From contig CACGGX010000004.1 of the NCBI GenBank assembly GCA_902572735.1, positions 7,743-71,742 on the forward strand: 64,000 nucleotides of DNA, written 5' to 3'. The position numbers and the translations under genes are program-made. Positions 18,085 to 26,315 of this stretch are shown piece by piece. The stretch comes from an uncultured Alphaproteobacteria bacterium (GTDB lineage Bacteria > Pseudomonadota > Alphaproteobacteria > HIMB59 > GCA-002718135). The number at the start of each line of letters is the position of its first letter. The stretch's first letter is position 1. The notes beneath the pieces are model-generated. The model was not told where the DNA came from. It made no database searches and saw only the letters and a program-made list of their open reading frames with translations.

Positions 18085-19326
18085 CTACATTAGATCTAAA
18101 AATGACTCAACTGGTATACTCCAATTTTGAGGTGAGTTTAGATTACAATATGGTTGACAATATTCAGATCCATCATCAAGTATATGACATTCTTCTGGTC
18201 CACCTAATATTTTACAACTTGAAGTAATGCCAATTAATTCTCCAGTCTTGGTATATAATCCTCCGCCTGAATTACCTTTATCAATTGGCGCATCAGTTTC
18301 TATATATTTCAAACCACTTTCTCTTAACCAAGGAGCACTTTCAACCATTCTAGGAGGAGGGTAATTATATTTCATTGTAATTTTACCTTCAGTAGGTTTT
18401 CCTACATATCCTCTAGGATTACCAACTGCATATACAGTATCATTAATATTAATATTATCGTAATAACCTAAATTTGGAAAAGAAATGTTGTTATCACTTC
18501 CAATATCTAAGATACATCTATCTGTTAATATATCTTCTTTTATTATTGGAACATTTCGCAACCATTGACTATTATTAGGGTCACCTGCATTTTCATTAAC
18601 TGGAATTAAATTAATAGATAAATCATCTTCATATCCATGCATTTCATAACATTGTTCTATATTTTCAAAACCAAATGCTGTTGACACTTCTTTTTCTGAA
18701 TAACCTTGATCAATAAAGTGCTCAATGTATTTACATTGATAATTAGTTACAACATGACAGTTTGTGAAAACAATACCATCGCCAATATGAACAGCTGAAC
18801 CACTACCTAATTGAAAATTATCTGATATTGTTGAAAGTTGTACATAAAATGTAGATGATTGTACCTCATCTAACAAATCTCTTACTAAATCTTTTGGCAT
18901 TTTTACTTCTATCGGAGGTGCATCCTCATCTTCATCTTTTCCTGTATCTTCTTGATTTTTTCTTAATACAGGAGGTTCAATAGTCTCAATCTCAATACCT
19001 AGTATTTTATTTACAGCTTTATAAATACATTCATTGTATTTTAGAGCTCCTAACTTTATTTCAAAAACACAAATATCTTCAATGTATTCCTGGTCTTCTT
19101 TATTTGATACTTGCTGCACACTCACAATACCTTGAGCTTCAAGAGCGCTTTTAATTGATTTTACACATTCATTTTTAGTTGAGTATTTCTTTTCTTTGAC
19201 TGATTTTTTACACTCAATATTTATAGCTTCTTTTAAATCAGCTGAATAATAAGCTGCTTCTATCTTCTCTGGTAAGAAAATTGAAGCAAATGATACTAGT
19301 ATAAGAATAGATATAAATTTACTCAT
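18085..19326 (-). CDS. Secreted trypsin-like (S1/PA clan) serine protease with a Cys-rich N-terminal domain
   Basis: 413 aa with a signal peptide (ILILVSFASIFL). The catalytic His context is GSAVHIGDGIVFTNCHVV and the catalytic Ser context is DKGNSGGGLYTKTGELIGITS. Transcribed divergently from the 19432 operon. Confidence 0.75.
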   Translation of the reverse strand: MSKFISILILVSFASIFLPEKIEAAYYSADLKEAINIECKKSVKEKKYSTKNECVKSIKSALEAQGIVSVQQVSNKEDQEYIEDICVFEIKLGALKYNECIYKAVNKILGIEIETIEPPVLRKNQEDTGKDEDEDAPPIEVKMPKDLVRDLLDEVQSSTFYVQLSTISDNFQLGSGSAVHIGDGIVFTNCHVVTNYQCKYIEHFIDQGYSEKEVSTAFGFENIEQCYEMHGYEDDLSINLIPVNENAGDPNNSQWLRNVPIIKEDILTDRCILDIGSDNNISFPNLGYYDNININDTVYAVGNPRGYVGKPTEGKITMKYNYPPPRMVESAPWLRESGLKYIETDAPIDKGNSGGGLYTKTGELIGITSSCKILGGPEECHILDDGSEYCQPYCNLNSPQNWSIPVESFLDLM

Positions 19327-19431
19327 TAATTAAAGATATTTTAACCACAATTTAAAGCTAATTAAAATAGAAATAATGGGCGAAATAATTTGTTCTTTTG
19401 ATTGTTTTAAGTTAGATTTTAATTTTGATTT

Positions 19432-20799
19432 ATGAGAATTTTCTTACTTTTATCTATGGTTTTTCTCTCTTTTTCACTTAAGGCTAATGAGTCTTGTGTT
19501 AAAGAAATTTTAGAAGAAAATAATTCCATTAATCTAGCTAAGAATGAGACATCAAGCTCTGAAAAAATTGGGGTAGCTAATTTATTTTATGATCATTCTC
19601 TAAACATGAAAGGTTTTATTAAGCCATCTAATTCACTATTTAAAAATTTCATTACTACCTTAAACTCAAAGATAGCTTTAGTAAGCAACGATCAAAAATT
19701 TTATAAATATACTTACGGTATTAAACCGTTAAATAATTCTGATGTAGGAAAAATTACATCATCAGAATCTTTTTACAAATGTCCTTTAGCAGCTGATCAA
19801 TGTCCTAAGCGAAGAGCTAAATTATCAAAAATATTAAAAGTGGTTGAGAAACAAGAAGACTCTCTAATAATTATTGTAACAGATTTATTTATTGGGATGG
19901 ATGAATTAATAGGCGATGGAATTAATGCAATTCGTAATCCTATAGCTGCTGCATTAGCAAGAGGAGACTCAATTGGCGTTTATGGAATAAAGAGTCAATA
20001 CGAAGGAACAATTACAGGAATATGTTCTGGCAATAATTATAATCTAGCAACTTCTAGACCATTTTATGTATTTACTATCGGTCCAAAAGAAAACGTACTC
20101 GCATTAAAAGAAATAATGGACAAAGATGTTATCTCAAAATTTGGAGAAGAAAATTTTAAATTTAATATTTATACAAATGATATTATTAAAACTCCTTTCA
20201 TTGAAAATTCTTGGCCGTCAAATACATTTGAAATTGGCGGTGGTATATCAACAGTTAATGTATTTGGAGAAGATTTAAAATTATATCAATTTAGTGTTGA
20301 TAAAAAAAGTGATCCTTTAAAAATTAAATTTGATCTTAATAATATTCAAACCCCGTACACTCTACCAGTTAAAGATTTATATGCTGAAGTTGATGTATAC
20401 GTTCAACGTAAAGACTCAGGCACTTGTTCTAATGATTGGCGATCATATGATCCTAATAAACAAAATGTAGTTTATTTTTCAGAACAAAATGGAACAAATG
20501 TATCATTTAATTTATTTGATAAATCTAAAAATGATCGAATAAGCCTTAAAAGAGATAAAAATTATATCTTTAATATTAAATATAGAGCGAAAGGTGTAGG
20601 TGTTACATCAAATGATTATTGGATGAATGAATGGAGTTTTGTTTGTGATGATATTGGAAAATATATTGAAAGTGGAACAACTTTCTTTCCAACATTAAAT
20701 TTAGCCGCTCTTGGATCAAACATGGAAGATGTGCAATCAGAAAACTTTGAGGATCAAGTTATTTCTCAAATGAACTTAGGATTTTATTTAGAGAGATAA
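19432..20799 (+). CDS. Operon gene 1: secreted protein with a degenerate vWA-like core (hypothetical)
   Basis: 455 aa with a signal peptide (MRIFLLLSMVFLSFSLKA). VANLFYDHSLNMKGF resembles a beta-strand plus a degraded MIDAS (DxSxS becomes DHSLN). SLIIIVTDLFIG resembles the vWA hhhhhTDG strand. Assignment is by eye only. Confidence 0.6.
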   Translation: MRIFLLLSMVFLSFSLKANESCVKEILEENNSINLAKNETSSSEKIGVANLFYDHSLNMKGFIKPSNSLFKNFITTLNSKIALVSNDQKFYKYTYGIKPLNNSDVGKITSSESFYKCPLAADQCPKRRAKLSKILKVVEKQEDSLIIIVTDLFIGMDELIGDGINAIRNPIAAALARGDSIGVYGIKSQYEGTITGICSGNNYNLATSRPFYVFTIGPKENVLALKEIMDKDVISKFGEENFKFNIYTNDIIKTPFIENSWPSNTFEIGGGISTVNVFGEDLKLYQFSVDKKSDPLKIKFDLNNIQTPYTLPVKDLYAEVDVYVQRKDSGTCSNDWRSYDPNKQNVVYFSEQNGTNVSFNLFDKSKNDRISLKRDKNYIFNIKYRAKGVGVTSNDYWMNEWSFVCDDIGKYIESGTTFFPTLNLAALGSNMEDVQSENFEDQVISQMNLGFYLER

Positions 20800-20800
20800 T

Positions 20801-21352
20801 ATGCGTCATATATTTTCATTAATTGTAATATCTATTTTCGTAGGACTAATAATTGTACCTGCTTATCTAGTTTCTTTTTTTGATATTGGATTTATTGGTC
20901 GTGGTGATGCAATACAAAATATTATTTTCTACATACTTGACCAAGATCCTAATATGCCAGGTGAAGAACGTGTCTGGAATGCAGAAGACTTACAATTATT
21001 AGGCATTCAACCTTTACTTATTTATTTAACAGCTTTCTGGTTTATTTTATTTATCGTGTGGATAATAATTACTGAATTTTTAAGAATTGATAGGCCTAAT
21101 AAAGCTTTTAAATTTATGTGGATTTGGTTTTTATTTTTAGCCGTTATGTTAGCTTTATCAGGATATATGACTTATTACTTTTTATATAGTCAAAAAGAAG
21201 TTTATCAATATGTAGGGGGACCACAAATAACTTCAATAATATTCTTAACAACAATTTTATCTTTAATTTTATTTTATTTGACAACATTGTTTATTACATC
21301 GAGAGTTAATAGACCAACCGTACCACTTGCTACAATTTTGATGAGGACATAA
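20801..21352 (+). CDS. Operon gene 2: 4-TM integral membrane protein (hypothetical)
   Basis: 183 aa with four hydrophobic helices (about aa 5-25, 70-92, 103-125, 142-165). Starts 1 nt after the gene 1 stop. Its stop overlaps the gene 3 start (TAATG). Confidence 0.65.
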   Translation: MRHIFSLIVISIFVGLIIVPAYLVSFFDIGFIGRGDAIQNIIFYILDQDPNMPGEERVWNAEDLQLLGIQPLLIYLTAFWFILFIVWIIITEFLRIDRPNKAFKFMWIWFLFLAVMLALSGYMTYYFLYSQKEVYQYVGGPQITSIIFLTTILSLILFYLTTLFITSRVNRPTVPLATILMRT

Positions 21353-22857
21353 TGGCTGATTGTTATTTTATAGGTATAGGTGGAACAGGAAGTAAATGTG
21401 TAAATAATTATGTTTATTCATCTGCTGCTGGTCTTGGTCCTGATCGGTTATGGATTGGAATGGTTGATCAAGATGATGCTAATGGTAATGTTGCTGAGTC
21501 CAGATCAAATATAGAAAATTATCAACGTGTAAGACGTATCCTTAGAACACCAGGACTTAGTGATATTAATGATAAAACAGATTTATTTAAAACGAATATT
21601 ACGACTCAAGTAGGTCAAACGTCTTGGTGTCCACTTCCAGGAACAGCACCAACGCTTAAAGATGTCTTCTCTTATGATTTACTTAATAAAGATTTACAAG
21701 ATACCATAGATTGTTTGTATCACCCTCAAGAAGAATTAAATTTAGAACTAGATGAAGGTTTCCGAGCAAGACCAAGTATAGGCGCTGCTGCAATTTTATC
21801 TCGTGTTCAAGAAAATGATCCTTTCTGGGTAAATATATTTAATGCCATTGACTCGGCTAAAGCTGGAACAGAAGTTCGTATCTTCCTTGTTAGTTCTATT
21901 TTTGGAGGAACTGGTGCATCTGGTTTTCCATCAATTGCTAGATTAATTCGATCTGAAATGGATAAAAGAGGTATCAGAGACGGTGTCCATTTGGGTGGCG
22001 CTCTCATGCTTCCTTATTTTAAATTTCCAAAACCAGGTGAAGATGAAATTAAAGAAGTGGCATATGCTGAAAGTTTCTTAGAGCAATCAAGAGGTGCTTT
22101 AGATTATTATCACCGCTTATTTGAAAAAGAACAACGTAAAACTTTTGATCAATTGTATTTAGTTGGTTGGGATCCATTAATTGAATTACCAGTTTTTGAG
22201 AAAGGTGGAAATCTACAACGTAATCCTGCTTTACTTCCAGAATTATTTACTTCTCTTGCGGCTTCACGTTTCTTTATGTCGAATTCAGTAGATAATGGCA
22301 TTTTCCATATAGCTAGAAACGATGCGAATGCCTTTTCATGGGATGATTTTCCTGAAATTAATGATCAACAAAAAATTGTAAAAGATAATTTATCACAAAT
22401 GACAAGAACTGCTCTTGCTTATAGAGAAATTTATTATCCTTACTTGGTAGATCAATGGCGAAAAGTAAAAAATGAAAGTTGGTTTCGAAATACATTATTA
22501 AAGCAAGGTGTAGATTTTAATAATGATGAAACATCATTAAATTTTAATAATCTTTTAGCATACTTTGAAAATTATTTAGACTGGCTTGCTAATATGATTC
22601 ACTTTAGTCAAAATGCTACAGTTCAAGGTATTGATCTTGTGGATGTAAACATGTTTTCACAATATGAAAATAGCCAAGTAACTATAAGTGATAAAGTTAG
22701 AGATCATCAACTAAAGCAATTCAATTCATTAATTAGTGGCGTTAATAGTAGCAGTCTTGCAAAAGTATTCTTAAAAATGAATTATTCTCGTGTTCCAAAA
22801 AATAGAACTGGTATTGGTGCCTTTGTCGGAGCTTTATATGAAAGTTGTAAGAGTTAG
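21352..22857 (+). CDS. Operon gene 3: tubulin/FtsZ-superfamily-like GTPase (divergent, Tubulin_2-like)
   Basis: 501 aa with no TM or signal peptide. The T1-loop-like motif is CYFIGIGGTGSKCV (nt 21373-21396). The T3-like motif is GFRARPSIGAAA, compared with FtsZ GAGANPEVGRKAA. The T4 signature is SSIFGGTGASGFPSIA (nt 21901-21924), compared with tubulin/FtsZ GGGTG[ST]G. A GAGGA Shine-Dalgarno sequence lies 5 nt upstream. Confidence 0.7.
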   Translation: MADCYFIGIGGTGSKCVNNYVYSSAAGLGPDRLWIGMVDQDDANGNVAESRSNIENYQRVRRILRTPGLSDINDKTDLFKTNITTQVGQTSWCPLPGTAPTLKDVFSYDLLNKDLQDTIDCLYHPQEELNLELDEGFRARPSIGAAAILSRVQENDPFWVNIFNAIDSAKAGTEVRIFLVSSIFGGTGASGFPSIARLIRSEMDKRGIRDGVHLGGALMLPYFKFPKPGEDEIKEVAYAESFLEQSRGALDYYHRLFEKEQRKTFDQLYLVGWDPLIELPVFEKGGNLQRNPALLPELFTSLAASRFFMSNSVDNGIFHIARNDANAFSWDDFPEINDQQKIVKDNLSQMTRTALAYREIYYPYLVDQWRKVKNESWFRNTLLKQGVDFNNDETSLNFNNLLAYFENYLDWLANMIHFSQNATVQGIDLVDVNMFSQYENSQVTISDKVRDHQLKQFNSLISGVNSSSLAKVFLKMNYSRVPKNRTGIGAFVGALYESCKS

Positions 22858-22859
22858 AT

Positions 22860-25800
22860 ATGGTTAAAAGTCTTCTCCCACCACTCAATGATGATCATGC
22901 AGTAGCTATCCCAAGTACGCATGGTAAATGGACGGTTGATGAAAATTCTATTCTCGGACGTATCGCTAATGGCTTAAAAGATATTACAATTGAACAAGAA
23001 GTAGAAGATCTTATTTCTATACCTGATGTTTGGGCAAGAGTTGCCGTAGTTAAAAATGCTCTCTTTGATGATAAACATCCATTAAATTATACTGTTAGAG
23101 GCGAGTGGAGAGGTTTACTGGCTCTTTTTGCTTTAATGCCGTATCACGGAAAAAATTTAGAAACAATTCCAGTAAACATTCAATCCTTAAAAAATAATCC
23201 CTATCAAGTTCCGCCAAACGAAGAGGGCGTACTTGGTAATTTTGCTGAAGTGTTAGCAACGATCACACCAGGGACTACTATTGCACAAGGTCAAAATTGG
23301 TCGGAGATTGGAATAATCAAACTTGGTGGTAAGCCAGTAGGTCTTTTAACGCCAAATACTATTGTTTCTCCTGCAAGATATTATTCAGAATCTATTCCAG
23401 GCGGCATTGATTGGTTTCAAACTGGTAAATTTATTGATCCATGTGAAGCAGCGAATATTCAACAGGAACAATTTTTAGTTCTTATACGTTTCCTTGATGA
23501 AATGATTACAGGACTTCAGCAAACAGCTATGGCTGATAAAATAAATTTTGATGGTATTTTAGGTGAACTTACAAGCTTTAAAGAAGATTGTCAAAAACGA
23601 ATTAGTTCTAGTCAATCTAGTGCGGTTGATATTTTAAACTATAAAAAATTTAATGTTGTTCTTCGTGTACCACAACAACCAATTTATACTTTATTACAAA
23701 ATATTTATGAAATAGATACCGGTGGTGTCGCTGCATTTGATACCTTAATTAAAGTTAGACCTGAACTTAATTCAGTTACCAATGGCATTATTTTAATTGA
23801 TGATGAAATACCAAGTGGTATCGGTAAAGCAGCATCAGATGTAAGATTATGGAATACTATTACAGTTGAAACATTAATTGGAGATAAACAAGCAAAAAAA
23901 CGTATCCAAAAAGAAGTATCAGATGCTGGTTATCTTTTCTTACATCCAGAAGAATTATTTACAGAAAAATTATGTTTACCTGCGAGCTCTGAAAAGATTA
24001 TGAATCATAATGATCTTTTAGCTAAACCGTATTTGTTACCTTTTAATCCAATTGTTTTATCTTTTATGACGGCATCGCAGTTAAGAAATAATTTTGATAT
24101 CAAAGATAATGGCACAAGTATTAATGTATCTCTTCGTTTAGAACTTCAAAATCATATGGGTCAAAAAACTGAATACGTAATTCGAAAAGAATATTTACAA
24201 GCAAATATAGAAAATAGACTTGAATTACCATTATCAGCTCATATTTGGCCTAACTTTGTGCATCCAGCATGGAATCAATATTTTATGATGTATGCATGTA
24301 ACTTGCAGGCATCAATTGCTCTTCGATCAGTATTTTCCATTCAAGGACTCTCAAAAGAATTGGATAATTTTGAAAGTTCGGATCAAAAAATTAAAGCTCT
24401 CAATCAATTAAAAGATTTTACTGTAAAAATGTCTAATAGGTTACCTTTACAAGAAACTACTAACGTTGTTGAATTACATTTGACTGAACATCCTCCAGAG
24501 GCGCTAGTTTGTGATGCAAGTATGATTATGGACCTGCATGAATTCATACCAAGTAATGAACGTTCTGCGATGGGAATTATTCTAGCTGGAAAACCAGAAG
24601 AGGTAATGGTTAACAATGATGCATTAAGTTTTGGAATAGATTTTGGTACAACAAATACCTGTGCTTATATGCGTGTTAATGAAGAAATTCCAAAAGAAAT
24701 AAATTTTGAGAATAGATTATATTCACCATTTTCACCAAGTGATGACAAAGAATATTTAAATTACCAATTACGAGAATTTGTTCCTGAAAGAAATGTAGTA
24801 TTACCTTTCCAAACAATTTCAAGAGATAGAAATCTAGGAAAGAAACAAGGAGATATTTCATTTCCTTTACCTTTATGGAGTGCCTTTATATATTACGTTG
24901 GTGACATGAGGGATGGTTTAGATGATATTTTAAACCCAGTTCAAAGACCGCTTCATTTCAATCTTAAATGGTCTAAAGCAGAAGCAGATAGAGAGCGAAT
25001 AGAAATTTATCTAGCTCAAGTTGCTCTACAATGTATCGCGGAGGGATTGGCTAGAGGAGCAGATTTAGATAAAATAAATTGGAGTTTTTCTTATCCTGAA
25101 GCTTTTACGCCAACTCAATTGCAAAATTTTAGACGTCTATTTAATAGTGGATTACGAAAAGCTTTACAGCCATTTAATAGCAATGGTAATTTAATTCAAA
25201 CAGAGCAAAAAAGTGAAAGTTTATCAAGTGCACTTTATTTTTCATCTTTTAAAAACGCTCCATTCACCGAAAGTGTTGTAACTATTGATATTGGCGGTGG
25301 AACTTCTGATATTTCTATTTGGCAAAATCTCAATTTATTATGGAGAAGTTCAGTAACAATAGCCGGTCAACATATTCTTATAAATTATTTAAATAAAAAT
25401 CCTAATTTAATAGAGTCTCTTTCATCAAATGATAGAGTAATGCAAGAAGCGTACGAACAGTTAACAAATATTAAATCTAAAGGAGACCCGACTGCCCTGA
25501 GGAATGCTATTGAAGTCATAGTAAATTCAAAAAATTTTGCTGAAGCAATTAATTCACGTTTCCATATTGTAGATGGTCAAGATAATGGAAGAAATTTAAG
25601 ACTTATAGCTGAATTAGCGCTAGCAGGGATTCTTTTTTATGCCGGTCAAATGGTTAATCATTTAACAAATCAAGGTTTATACGACCCAAGTAAAACAAAA
25701 CAATTTAGTATTTGTCTCGGTGGACGAGCAAGTCTTTTATATAAAGTATTATTTAGTGACTCAGAAGATCGAAATGGCTTATGTCGTTTATTTGCAGCAG

Positions 25801-26315
25801 CATCAAATAATACTGTTGATATTGATAAAGTTAACTTTGTATTCACTGATAAACCAAAACATGAAGTTGCTCATGGCTTGTTGGTAGATCAAAGAGGAAT
25901 AGCTAATTTAGATACTTCTAAGCGTTGTTATGATGTTTTATTAGGTGAAGATATTGATGTAGGTGGCGAAGTAACAAAATATAACCAATCAGCAAGTGAT
26001 TTAGATCTAGATAAGGAATGGCGCGCAATAAGCTTAACAAATATGAAGCAATTTGCAGAAATGTTGAACGCAAATACAGGAATAGTTTTTGAAGTATCAA
26101 GACAAGTTGAGAATATGATTGTATCTAAAATAAATACTAACCTTGTGACAGCTCAAGAAGAGTTACAAGATGCTAAAAAAGATGGTCTTGATTATTTATC
26201 AGATGATATGAAGGGAGAGACATCAATTATAGAACCTCCATTCATTGTAGCAATAAAAGAAATACTGGAAAGAGTTTCGAAAAAAGAAATCAATCTTCTA
26301 TCGAAAAAAATTTAA
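22860..26315 (+). CDS. Operon gene 4: 1151-aa protein with an unknown ~580-aa N-terminal region fused to an Hsp70/actin-fold (ASKHA) ATPase domain
   Basis: Ordered ASKHA motifs are present. Phosphate-1 is FGIDFGTTNTCAY (aa 591-603, nt 24630-24668), compared with DnaK GIDLGTTNS. Connect-1 is SESLSSALYF (aa 785-794), compared with NEPTAAALAY. Phosphate-2 is VVTIDIGGGTSDISIW (aa 806-821; DIGGGTSD core at nt 25287-25310), compared with DLGGGTFDVS. The adenosine motif is FSICLGGRASLL (aa 949-960), compared with LVGGSTRIP. Confidence 0.7.
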   Translation: MVKSLLPPLNDDHAVAIPSTHGKWTVDENSILGRIANGLKDITIEQEVEDLISIPDVWARVAVVKNALFDDKHPLNYTVRGEWRGLLALFALMPYHGKNLETIPVNIQSLKNNPYQVPPNEEGVLGNFAEVLATITPGTTIAQGQNWSEIGIIKLGGKPVGLLTPNTIVSPARYYSESIPGGIDWFQTGKFIDPCEAANIQQEQFLVLIRFLDEMITGLQQTAMADKINFDGILGELTSFKEDCQKRISSSQSSAVDILNYKKFNVVLRVPQQPIYTLLQNIYEIDTGGVAAFDTLIKVRPELNSVTNGIILIDDEIPSGIGKAASDVRLWNTITVETLIGDKQAKKRIQKEVSDAGYLFLHPEELFTEKLCLPASSEKIMNHNDLLAKPYLLPFNPIVLSFMTASQLRNNFDIKDNGTSINVSLRLELQNHMGQKTEYVIRKEYLQANIENRLELPLSAHIWPNFVHPAWNQYFMMYACNLQASIALRSVFSIQGLSKELDNFESSDQKIKALNQLKDFTVKMSNRLPLQETTNVVELHLTEHPPEALVCDASMIMDLHEFIPSNERSAMGIILAGKPEEVMVNNDALSFGIDFGTTNTCAYMRVNEEIPKEINFENRLYSPFSPSDDKEYLNYQLREFVPERNVVLPFQTISRDRNLGKKQGDISFPLPLWSAFIYYVGDMRDGLDDILNPVQRPLHFNLKWSKAEADRERIEIYLAQVALQCIAEGLARGADLDKINWSFSYPEAFTPTQLQNFRRLFNSGLRKALQPFNSNGNLIQTEQKSESLSSALYFSSFKNAPFTESVVTIDIGGGTSDISIWQNLNLLWRSSVTIAGQHILINYLNKNPNLIESLSSNDRVMQEAYEQLTNIKSKGDPTALRNAIEVIVNSKNFAEAINSRFHIVDGQDNGRNLRLIAELALAGILFYAGQMVNHLTNQGLYDPSKTKQFSICLGGRASLLYKVLFSDSEDRNGLCRLFAAASNNTVDIDKVNFVFTDKPKHEVAHGLLVDQRGIANLDTSKRCYDVLLGEDIDVGGEVTKYNQSASDLDLDKEWRAISLTNMKQFAEMLNANTGIVFEVSRQVENMIVSKINTNLVTAQEELQDAKKDGLDYLSDDMKGETSIIEPPFIVAIKEILERVSKKEINLLSKKI

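Noticed and set aside
21373-21396. GIGGTGSK read as a P-loop (Walker A) NTPase motif
   Set aside because: Walker A requires GxxxxGK[ST]. Here the Lys is preceded by Ser and followed by Cys (G-T-G-S-K-C). A second glycine loop, FGGTGASG, and a T3-like xPxxGxxAA element follow in tubulin/FtsZ order. The tubulin-type reading fits better.
24404-26100. Three minus-strand ORFs inside operon gene 4 (24404-24616, 24676-24861, 25918-26100)
   Set aside because: All are 60-70 aa and lie antisense to regions of gene 4 that carry conserved ASKHA motifs. They have no start context and no motifs.
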